Assembly (NCBI GenBank): GCA_003707115.1
Contig: PPNB01000015.1
Span: 1 to 64,000 of the forward strand
From: Tortispora ganteri
Lineage: Eukaryota
DNA: 64,000 nt
Reading direction: 5' to 3'
Positions 10,901-21,200 of this stretch are shown one piece after another. The translations under genes and the position numbers were made by a program. The notes beneath the pieces are model-generated. The model was not told the origin of the DNA. It saw only the letters and a program-made list of their open reading frames with translations, and ran no database searches. The stretch's first letter is position 1. Every line of letters begins with the position of its first letter.

Positions 10901-13538
10901 CTTCGGCAGTATCAAAGGAAAAGGCCATAGCACCTGCTGCTGGCTCCCCTTGCACCATGGCGGGTATAGGTGGAAGTTTGGATCTGTTCAGATGGCCTGC
11001 GTCCGTAAGAAGAGTGCACACAGATAAAATGCTGGACCTTAACGATCTTAGAAGCGGCGAAATATCTTCAAAATAGATTACATCAAGGCTGAACTGTGCT
11101 TGTAAATGTGAGATTAAATAATCACAAGTTTCTTGGCTAGGAATTGAATAACTGCAGGTTTCTTCAATAGCCAGAGCAACTGCCATTCGTGAAGAGCTGT
11201 AGGGTCCATCAAATACACTCAACAACGTCTGTCGAACATTTTCGTCATCCAAAAGATCAAGAATATAAAACAGACGACCCAAAGCTTTTGCACAATACAT
11301 TTTAGAATAGAAGAATGTTTCTTCACCAATTAATGAAACATCACCTGCAAGCATAGCAGTGTCAACTGCTAAGCCATGCAATTCGGAGGCATTATCTAAT
11401 CGTCCCGGACCGCGCGTTATATGGGAAGTATTTTGAAGAAGCAACAAAGATGTATCAGTAGGATAAAGTAATCTTCCTGTACCTATCGGGGTCATCAGTA
11501 ACCTTGTAAAAGCTGGAACATGAGGAGAAAGTATGTCATGCAATGATTTCTTATTCTCAGAATAAAATAAGAGGCAAGAATTCCAAAGTTCCAACGCTAA
11601 ATCTAATATAGATCGTGAACGTTCAGTCAAAAAGCATTGAAATACTAATCGGAAAGCTCTGTCGTCAAGCCAGATTGTTGTCTCCTGGGCCAGTTCTTTA
11701 ACAGAAACCAATATATTCAGAGTTTTAAGGGTTGAAATTCGAACATCTGATAATAAGTGGCGCAAAAAGGGAAATATTGTGGGAACCAGTTTAGATAATG
11801 AGCTCGAGTGACAGTCAGTATTGGTTCTTAGGTAGTGAACAACAGCCGAAGAAGAATAGAGCTTTCCAATTAGATCAATTATAGTGCCGGTACTTGCACT
11901 CAAATCATCGCTTACTTGTTCTATGCATTCCCAGAGCATATCAAGTATTTGAGGAATAATCTCACATCTTCTTGACACGACTTCATCGGCCACAGGGATT
12001 AATATCGCAGCGCTCACAGAACGAACGTCATCATCAACCTCCTTAAGTCCACGTATTACCGATTCTATTGCGGAGTTAAAAAGATCTTGATCGTTAATGA
12101 GAATATCCGGTCTAACAGACACCAAGTATTTCATACCCAAAAGTCCTCCATGCGAAGCCTCCCAAACAGTTCTATGCAAACCAAGAGTACTCTGATTAAC
12201 GAGTTGGTAGAGAAGACGGAAAAGATCACCAATTTTGGAGCTTTCAAAGTGTATAAGAACAGCGCCTAAAGTTTGGCCTGCTGATTCACGTATAGGAGCT
12301 ACCACTTGATCTGAAACATAATCTCCAAATCGGTCTAAAGCCAAGACACAGCATAGCCGGGATGCAACATCTTCGAGCCAGGATGAATTTTTAATCGAAT
12401 TTTCTTCAACACTCAGTCCGACGACCTTGCCTGCACTCGCTCCATGAATACGAATTATTTCACGTAGTGCCCCCAAAGCGCCGTGTCTTACTTCCCATTG
12501 TTCATTGAATATGTCGACAAGTAGACGACTACATATTCTTTCAAAGGGCCAAAGATTGGCGTCATCTGGTTTTAATTCAGCGGATATAAAAGCGGCGTGC
12601 TTGGTATTTTCAATGATAACTTTGTTTTCTGAATCAGGCGTTGAGTTATCAGAACCAGTAGTATTTAAGTCATTACTCTGTGTCGGTGCCACAGCAGAAG
12701 ATGCAGGTAGCGAAGCATGTTGCTTTGGGTTCTTCGAAGTAAGTTTAGATCTTCTCTTGGCCATTGCTTTGAGACGGGCTGAAACTGGTGTTGATGTGTC
12801 GCTATTTTCAGTTACTGCAGGATCAGGAGCACCTGAAGGAGAAGGCATTGATGCCGATTGATCTAAGGAATGAAGGTCGGCTTCCGATGCCTTTCGCTTG
12901 GTGCCTCTAGAGGTCGAAGACGGCGCTGGTGAGCCAGGTCTAGACACAAAATCTAAATCAGCATCATTGACAAAGTCATCTGCCGATTGATCAGCGTACT
13001 CAGCGAGACCTAAACTCTTTTCAATGATTCGTTTCTGGCGCATTATCTGGTCGGTCGATTTATCGTAAGTCATAACGTCGTATTCAGATCCTCCACTTCC
13101 TAGAAGAACTTTACCTTTAGAGAGGATCGAATGGAGATCCATTTCTTCAAAAGTGAGCAAACTGGAACTAGGTCGAGGAAGATCAGGTTTGGTTAAGTTG
13201 TCTTGCGCACGATTCTCAGTCTTTACGCATTCTTCTGGCTTGATTTTGACAATAGACTCAGGCTTTTCTTTCCCACTTTCATCTTTTGCAGGCTCAGAGT
13301 CCACTTGATTAGGATCCCACGCGGGACAATTTTCCAGCACTGCGCCGAGCGCGCGGACAGCAGCGGTTCTAGTGTCCCATTTTTTGGAATGCAGGTACGG
13401 TAAAACGCGAGAAATCAAGTTAAACAGTTCCTCTGGATGATCTTTTTGTATTTCGCCAAGCTGGGCAATAGCTGTTTGGCGCACTTGAGCAGATGCTGAA
13501 GTATCCAATAAGAGGACCAATCTGTCAAGTCTAGTCAT
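7914..13538 (-). CDS. MOT1: TBP-associated SNF2-family ATPase Mot1/BTAF1
   Basis: 1874 aa; N-terminal '[12 protein letters not shown]', HEAT repeats, '[13 protein letters not shown]', DEGH box, '[27 protein letters not shown]'. Confidence 0.98.
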   Translation of the reverse strand: [1874 protein letters not shown]

Positions 13539-13907
13539 GAATATTCCAGTGATAGAAGCAACCCGACGCTAAATATCGCGAATAGTCCACACACACAAAA
13601 AAAAACCCAATACCTTTAGACGATCCTAGTTTATAGTTTTAAATTCGATTATTTGCCTATTTCGCGTCTTTAGCGGACGTATAACAAGAGTGGTCGGGGG
13701 CCTTAATGTACCTTTGTGGGAGGGAGAAGTTCATGTATTTATATAAATGGATACAAGGCAAGTGTGTATTGCGCGGCTATTAAGGTTTAGACAAGGCATG
13801 GCCTTCGCCCAAGCCGGCAGTTAATTTCTACGCAGATACAGCTGATTAAATTGCTTTTTCAATTGCTAACACAGATGTGCCTATTCCAGTAAAAGAGTTG
13901 TGTCAGG

Positions 13908-15638
13908 TTAGCTTATTGGAAGCTTTGCTTTTCCGTTGGCTACGTCACGAAGAACGTTCTTGCGAATCTTGCCAGTGGATGTCTTAGGGAGTTCGTTAAC
14001 GATCGTGACTTCTTTTGGCACTTGAAAGCCGCCAATTCTCTCTTTAAGCCATGCAATGAGTTCCGCAGGAGCTAATTTAGCAGAGGATTTAAGTGTTATA
14101 AACGCTCCAGGTCTTTCGCCATACTTCTCGTCCGAAACTGCCACAACTGCCGCTTCTAAGACTGCTGGGTGCTTCACGATCTCATTCTCAACGCCAACAG
14201 AAGATATGTTTTCTCCGCCAGAAATAATAATATCTTTGCCTCGATCGACAATTTTAATGAAGCCATCAGGATGCATCACAGCCAAATCACCAGTTCTGAA
14301 ATACCCTCCTTCGAATGCCTTTTCCGTGGCTGCGCGGTCTCGGAAGTATCCTTTCATTACGGCGTTTCCGCGTACAACAATCTCACCGATTTCCTCTCCG
14401 TCGCGCTTCACGTCCTTCATGGTATCAGGATTGACGATTCGGGCTTCAAGTGAAGAGATAAAGCCCTGGCCCTGTCGGGCAAGCATTTCGTAGAACTTGT
14501 CATCGGGCAAATCCTTCCATTTCGGATCAACGTAACACTTGGTAAAAGGACCATAAGTCTCTGTGAGTCCATATGCGTGCACAGGAAGAAGGTTCATAGA
14601 TATCATCTGCTTGAAAAGGGCAGCAGAAGGAGGAGAAGCGGCCACAGTGACGCGGACTGGGGAGCTAAGTTTATGGGCACCTTCGTGGTTGCAAATTAAT
14701 GTATTGACAGTAGGCGCGGCATTGAAGTGAGTGATATGGTAGTTGTCTAGAAGCCACCAAATCTCATCATAGTCAATTTTTCGGAGACAAAAGTGCACAC
14801 CACGACAAGCAGTGACCGAGTATGGGAAGGTCCATCCAGAAGCATGGAACATAGGTAATATCCACAGATAGCCACACTTGTCCTCACCCAAAGCGGATTC
14901 ACAGTTAATGTTAGACTCAATAATGTTACTAAGCGCCATCAGATAAACACTCCTATGAGAGTATTCCACAGCTTTCGGATATCCAGTAGTTCCTGAGGTG
15001 AACCACAAGGATATAGTTGAATCTTCGGCTATTCCTTGGGCGAACAGGCCGTCCCAGCCACGTGAGCCTGTATTAGCGTCTATTTCCCAGCCAGCTTTAA
15101 CAGCGTCAGCAAAAGTGCCACATTTGTCGAATTCAGAGACGTCGCGGTCAATCAAAACATCTACTGTTCGGCCATTGTCTGGCACGAAGTCTTGAATCAG
15201 AGGGTAGAGCTCTTCGTCAACTATGATGAGATCAGCCTGCGCAAGATTGATAGTGTAATGTATTTCGTGCGGTTTAAGTCTATAGTTATGACCAGCATGA
15301 ATAGCATGAGTCGCTGCAATACCGAATACTGATACCAAGAAGGCGGGAGTGTTAGACATTAAGATTGACACGCTCTTGTAGCCGTTTGTCTCGATATAGT
15401 AGGCGAGACCACGGGCGCGGTCCGCAAATTGTTTATAAGTGAGCTGGTATCTGACATTGTCAGACCCTTTCTGTACAATGGCTAGGGCGTCCGGCTGAAG
15501 AGCGGCGGATCTAGGCAAGAAATATGCAGGGTTAAGATCGTGCGTGTTCACAGGCAGTGAGTTCGTCCTCATGTGACCGGCTACTTTGGCCAGACGTTGA
15601 ACAGCATAGTCCGCCGGTTTCTTGATGTCAGCTACCAT
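13908..15638 (-). CDS. AMP-binding short/medium-chain acyl-CoA synthetase, probably peroxisomal
   Basis: 576 aa; 'FTSGTTGYPKAV', 'YGLTETYGP', 'TGDLA', 'DRGKDIIISGGENISS', 'LPKTSTGKIRK'; PTS2-like RLAKVAGHM near the N-terminus. Confidence 0.9.
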   Translation of the reverse strand: MVADIKKPADYAVQRLAKVAGHMRTNSLPVNTHDLNPAYFLPRSAALQPDALAIVQKGSDNVRYQLTYKQFADRARGLAYYIETNGYKSVSILMSNTPAFLVSVFGIAATHAIHAGHNYRLKPHEIHYTINLAQADLIIVDEELYPLIQDFVPDNGRTVDVLIDRDVSEFDKCGTFADAVKAGWEIDANTGSRGWDGLFAQGIAEDSTISLWFTSGTTGYPKAVEYSHRSVYLMALSNIIESNINCESALGEDKCGYLWILPMFHASGWTFPYSVTACRGVHFCLRKIDYDEIWWLLDNYHITHFNAAPTVNTLICNHEGAHKLSSPVRVTVAASPPSAALFKQMISMNLLPVHAYGLTETYGPFTKCYVDPKWKDLPDDKFYEMLARQGQGFISSLEARIVNPDTMKDVKRDGEEIGEIVVRGNAVMKGYFRDRAATEKAFEGGYFRTGDLAVMHPDGFIKIVDRGKDIIISGGENISSVGVENEIVKHPAVLEAAVVAVSDEKYGERPGAFITLKSSAKLAPAELIAWLKERIGGFQVPKEVTIVNELPKTSTGKIRKNVLRDVANGKAKLPIS

Positions 15639-16405
15639 TGTATTTCTGTATCTGTTTCACGTAGGAGCGTACTATTCCTCTAAGTAAATTTCAGATTCTT
15701 AGAGGCTACAAGGAAACTATATATATATAGATTACGAGGGCCGGAAAAATGTCCGTCTCAAGAAACCCCGCAAAATGTCAAGGTTGCCTGCACACTAGGA
15801 AAATCCGGGGTATATCATTCCTTGATTGGCTAAAACCTTAAATGGATTTGCACTAGCCTGTCAACCGACCGGAGATGTAACCGGACCTTAGCGTTTCTGC
15901 TACTATCATTTACATTTACACGGGTAATGCTCAATTGAATAATTCTAAAGATTAGCGATTTGTATTCTTTCACTTCTACAAGAGCTCCTTCAGAATTGCA
16001 GGTGTCTCGGAGGTACGGAGCAGTAGACACATTGATCACGTAGTATGGTACCCAACAATAAGCATTCCCACATCATACACTCTTAGTATCGTACATTCGA
16101 CAATTATCGGCAGTAAGGAAGCATGATTTATATACTATAAGACATTGATATCGCAATGTTCATATATCCCGGGTACTCTAGTTGCAGATATCTTTGTGAA
16201 ACTATCGTGTTCCATTGAGATTGAATAGACAGTTGCCTTGGGGACGGGACCTTGTTGTTACTGTCAGGAAACCCATACAGCTCCGCGCCTCCGTGAATCG
16301 CTTTTTTCGTTGGCAAAACTACTTCTGGATTTGCGACACCGTTTAATATCGATAAAGCAGACCAAGCACTTTACTTATCTAGTGCTTAGTCAATTGGTTT
16401 AGACC

Positions 16406-17962
16406 ATGGCCGAATTTGAAGACAATAATCCTTTTGCTGATTCTGATCGGCCCATTTCAGACACAGAGTTCCACAATGAAGTTGATGCTCCGATCGCCAC
16501 AGAATCTCATCCGACCCGCCGTCATTTTGCTTCTAGAATTGAGCATATCTTAGAGGAGTTTCCGGATATTACTGTGCAGATAATAGATGCGGGGAAGAAT
16601 AGGGAAGGCGGTGGTAGTGGCTATATAGCATACACTATACGCATTGACAATGTTAGCACTAGAAGGAGATATTCAGAGTTCGAGAGTTTACACGCTTGCT
16701 TAGAGAAAATGTTTCCTACAGAGGTAATACCTCCTATACCGGAGAAACATTCTATGACAGACTACGCTGCTTCGCCAACTAAGGCGAAGGAAGATGTCAA
16801 CATTATCCAGCATCGGCAGAGGATGCTTACCGTATTCCTAAATCGATGTCTTCAAAATCCTCGTATTCGAGGCTGCACGGTATTTCAACGGTTCTTGGAC
16901 CCAAATGTAAGCTGGTCTGAAGTTCTGAACGACTCGCCTGTGATTGACCTACCGAAATCGGTTTTGAAGGCACCCCCTACTCAGCCTTGGAACCCGACAC
17001 CTGCGCATCAGTACTTGCCAATACCGTCTGGATCTTCGAAAAAAGTTGTTGCAGATCCCTCATTTGTCGCTATGGAAGAAAACTCTAAAGAGTATGAGGC
17101 AGTTATATCTAATGGATTAGAGAAAGTAAATAGGCGTTTGCTTAAACATTTACGGAACCTTTCGACAGACTTTAGTGCACTCGGCGCGGCGTATAACGCC
17201 TACAGTTTGAGTGAATCCATCTCAGATGTGTCTGCTGCATTGGAAAGGACAGGACAAGCTGTAGATAGTGGATTCCTTAACACAAAGGAATTGGTTGATT
17301 CTCTTTCCTCTAGCTTTTCTGAACCGCTAGCAGAATCTGCTCAAATGGCAACGGCTACGAGGTCCGTCCTCCGATATGCTAGACAAAGGCAGCTCCAATA
17401 CGAACAGACTGCCGAAAGCCTAGCGCACAAGAGAGATTTACTGGAAACACTTGAGAATTCAGAGGCACAAGCTGAGCGCATTAATTCGGTATTACGACAC
17501 GGCTCACGAGAGTCGAGCGAGTCAGTGCGTGCTGAACCTAGTTTGCCGGCAAACTCTGCAAATAGAGAAACAGAAATGGAAGCTTCTGCGGAACAATTCC
17601 CACCTACGCATGCTGAATCGACTGTGTCGAAGAAAACCGGTTTTAAGTTCCCTGGCATTAATAAGTTGAACGATGCATTACATGGAATCATAGATCATGA
17701 CCCCGAAGCTACGAGACGAAACACTATCGGAAAGACCCGGGAGCAGATATCTCAACTACAGGAAGCTGTTGTTGTAGCGAAGGCTGATTCTGAGAAGACT
17801 AAAGAGCTGGTTAAGGAAGGATTATTGGACAGCCATAAGACTAAGTTGAACGATCTGAGGGCAATCATGATAGCTTATGCGAAGTGCCAGTTAGAATGGT
17901 CCAAGGCTAACGCCAGCTTGTGGAAGGAAGTACAGGACCAAGCCGAGAATATATCTATCTAA
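16406..17962 (+). CDS. SNX41: PX-BAR sorting nexin, Snx41/Atg20 family
   Basis: 518 aa; 'FEDNNPF', PX domain 'RRRYSEFESL...IPPIPEKH', BAR-like coiled coils. Paralog assignment (Snx41 vs Atg20) is uncertain. Confidence 0.8.
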   Translation: MAEFEDNNPFADSDRPISDTEFHNEVDAPIATESHPTRRHFASRIEHILEEFPDITVQIIDAGKNREGGGSGYIAYTIRIDNVSTRRRYSEFESLHACLEKMFPTEVIPPIPEKHSMTDYAASPTKAKEDVNIIQHRQRMLTVFLNRCLQNPRIRGCTVFQRFLDPNVSWSEVLNDSPVIDLPKSVLKAPPTQPWNPTPAHQYLPIPSGSSKKVVADPSFVAMEENSKEYEAVISNGLEKVNRRLLKHLRNLSTDFSALGAAYNAYSLSESISDVSAALERTGQAVDSGFLNTKELVDSLSSSFSEPLAESAQMATATRSVLRYARQRQLQYEQTAESLAHKRDLLETLENSEAQAERINSVLRHGSRESSESVRAEPSLPANSANRETEMEASAEQFPPTHAESTVSKKTGFKFPGINKLNDALHGIIDHDPEATRRNTIGKTREQISQLQEAVVVAKADSEKTKELVKEGLLDSHKTKLNDLRAIMIAYAKCQLEWSKANASLWKEVQDQAENISI

Positions 17963-18256
17963 TAATATGATATAATCATTTTGTCTACGCGAAGATCGTT
18001 GAATGCAGTTTAGTGGCGGGATGATTTGTGGTTGCCATGGGCCGCACCACCGGGGCGCCTTATACCGAACGCGAAATTCAACGACTGATTTAGTTTTACA
18101 ATATTCACCGAGGCTCTTTTGTGGGCATCATTGGAGCGACCAAAGAAACTTACTGTTAGGTATTTGCCTTTGGATTTAACTGTATTCTGCTCGAAACAAT
18201 AGCTGCTTTTGTAACAATAAGAGTTTGACCCGATAGCCGAGATTCTGGTCGATCTT

Positions 18257-21200
18257 ATGACAAGTAGACGAGCGCGTACTACCAAGATATCTTACGCTGA
18301 ATCAACCGAATCTGATAGCGAATTTTCACATAAGTCTGATACTGTACATAATACTGTAGGGAAGTCTCTGATAGTTACTCTTAAGTACTCTGTCCGCCCT
18401 TCAAAGACAGTTCCGGACCTATACGATATGACGACACGCAAAGCACGATCACACTCTAGTCAGATCAAATCGTCTGAAGACGAATATCACGAATTTTCTT
18501 CCAGTGACGAAATCAGTACTTCCAGTGCCGAATTTGAGTCAGATTTTCAGGCGCGAGAGAAGCGGAGGCAAATTCAGGATTTCGTTGTTCATGATACTTC
18601 AGATGAAGATGACTCAGTGGTTAAAATCTCGCGAAAGAGAAAGAAGCAAAATAGAAAGAAACACTCAGGAAGACAGTCTGTACAAAGAAGGCGCATTTTG
18701 GATGCTTCAGATGATGATACTGTACCACCTCCTGTTCCAACAGAGCTTGATAATGATGACGAAGAAGAAGAAGAGGCACAGACTGCGAAAAGGGAAAAGC
18801 GCGTTCGTCTTCTAACAGACGACGAGGATGAGATTGAAGCTGACTCAATAATTGAACAAGAAACTGCTATATCTCTTGCAGAAGAGCTTGCAGAGTTACA
18901 AAGCTCAGCTAACGACGAGCCCGAAACTCCCCCTAAACTGAATTTACGAGAGCGAAAAGGAATTAATTATCACATACCCCCACCACCAACGAATAACGAT
19001 ATATCATTTGATACCGGGATATATGGCACGCCTTCACGCCGTCGAAAGGGAACTAGTATGCCGCAGAAGCGACTCTTCGACACTTCTGGTCCATTCGGCG
19101 GTGCAGGTACACAGTCACTATTCACACCTGTTAAATATACCGGTGCAGCGATTGATTTATATCATCCGATAGCAGCCACTGTAACTAATGAGCCAATAGA
19201 CTCAGACTCTGATGATAATGACATGTCTATGTTGCCAATAGGCAATACTCGCGCACCTGATTTGCCAGGCGGACCCACACCTTTCAATTTGGCGCCGCTT
19301 GCCTCTGACCAAAAGCCAAAGAAAACTAACCTTGCTGATACTGACCCTGTTGGTGTAGATAACTCTGTGAACTTTGAATCTGTGGGTGGTTTAGATGATT
19401 ATATCGACAAGCTCAAAGAAATGGTAGCTCTTCCTCTTTTATACCCTGAAGTATTTTCTCATTTTAACGTTTCTACGCCTAAAGGTGTTCTGTTTCATGG
19501 TCCTCCTGGAACCGGTAAGACTCTAATGGCTAGAGCTTTGGCTGCGAGCTGCTCTCAGAATGGCAAGAAAATATCGTTCTATATGCGGAAAGGTGCCGAT
19601 TGTCTATCGAAATGGGTTGGTGAGGCAGAACGTCAGCTTCGACTTTTATTTGAAGAAGCGCGCAAACACCAGCCTAGTATTATTTTCTTTGATGAAATTG
19701 ATGGGCTGGCGCCTGTAAGATCTTCTAAGCAAGAACAAATCCATGCGTCCATTGTGTCTACTTTGTTGGCTCTTATGGATGGGATGGACAATCGGGGCCA
19801 AGTTATCATCATTGGAGCTACCAATAGACCTGATTCTATAGATCCTGCTCTTCGACGACCAGGACGATTTGACCGTGAATTTTATTTTCCATTACCCAAT
19901 CTTGAAGCAAGGAAAAGCATATTGAGAATACACACCTCCAAATGGAGTTCTATACCAGGAGAAGACCTGATCTCCAATTTAGCTGAAATGACCAAAGGAT
20001 TTGGTGGTGCAGACCTTCGTGCCCTGTGTACAGAGGCTGTACTGAATAGCATTCGACGAAGTTATCCTCAAATCTATATGTCTAGCGAGAAGCTACTCGT
20101 GGACCCCTCAACTATAAATGTTACTGGACCAGACTTTTTATATGCTTTGAAAAATATCAACCCGTCATCCGCTAGGTCTACATCTGCCTTACCCCAACCT
20201 TTACCAGAACCAGTAAAGGAACTTTTATTGCCAAAATGGAAAGAAATCTGCGATATTCTTGACATGATTTTCCCTCGAGCTCCAGAGGTTTCAGACTTAA
20301 AAAAAGCTATTTCGATGTATAATGCAAGCAAAGATCTGAAAACCGAACAAGTAATTCAAAGCCTACAGAAAATGCGCACTTATAGACCAAGGTTAATGGT
20401 GTTAGGTGACCAAGGAAATGGCCAAGAATATTTACTGTCAGCGATTCTTGCTCGACTGGAGGGCGTCTTTATTCAATCATTTGACATTGATGCTCTGCAA
20501 AGTGATTCTAATACTACTCAAGAAGCTGCAGTCATCCAATTGTTTGCCGAAGTCAAAAGAAGAAAGCCAAGCGTGATGTATATTGCTGATTGGGCTACTT
20601 GGCTGGACGTTGTGCCTACCAATGTAAAGGCAATATTTTTTAAGCAGCTACGTACAATTCTCCCTACTGACCCTATTCTTTTTGTGGCGATGTCTCAAGA
20701 TGGTCTGGAACAAGAGCTGTCATTGGAACTTTTAGAGAGTTTTGGAGGTAGCAGCAAAGCATTTGTGCGATTAGAAAATCCTCAACCTAGCGAAAGAAGA
20801 AAGTTTTTCCAAGATCTCATCAAATACATCAAGACCCCCCCAGATCTGTTTTCTGAAAATGAGGCATCACGCAAACCTTTACCTGTATTACCGAAGGCGC
20901 CGATACTAGAGAAGAAACCTGATGAGATACAAGAGAACAATGCATCTATAGAGCGTGAATACATTAAGCTGAAAAATTCATTGAAGATTAAGCTGGGAGC
21001 TCTGTCCGAGTTACTGAAAGTGCGGTATAAACGGTTCCGCAAGCCTGCCATTGATGCGTCATATTTAGCTCACCTTTTTGAGCCTGCACCACCTGGGTTT
21101 GGAGGTCCTAATGTAACTTATGGATACGAAATTGCTGAACGTAATAAGATCATTGAGACTGAAACCGGGAAATTATTTAATAACATGGACTTAGATGTCA

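Noticed and set aside
13736..13910. Plus-strand TATA followed by a TGCTAACACAG branch/acceptor between MOT1 and the acyl-CoA synthetase
   Set aside because: No canonical donor or meaningful ORF. The TATATA is explained as the 3'-end signal of the synthetase.
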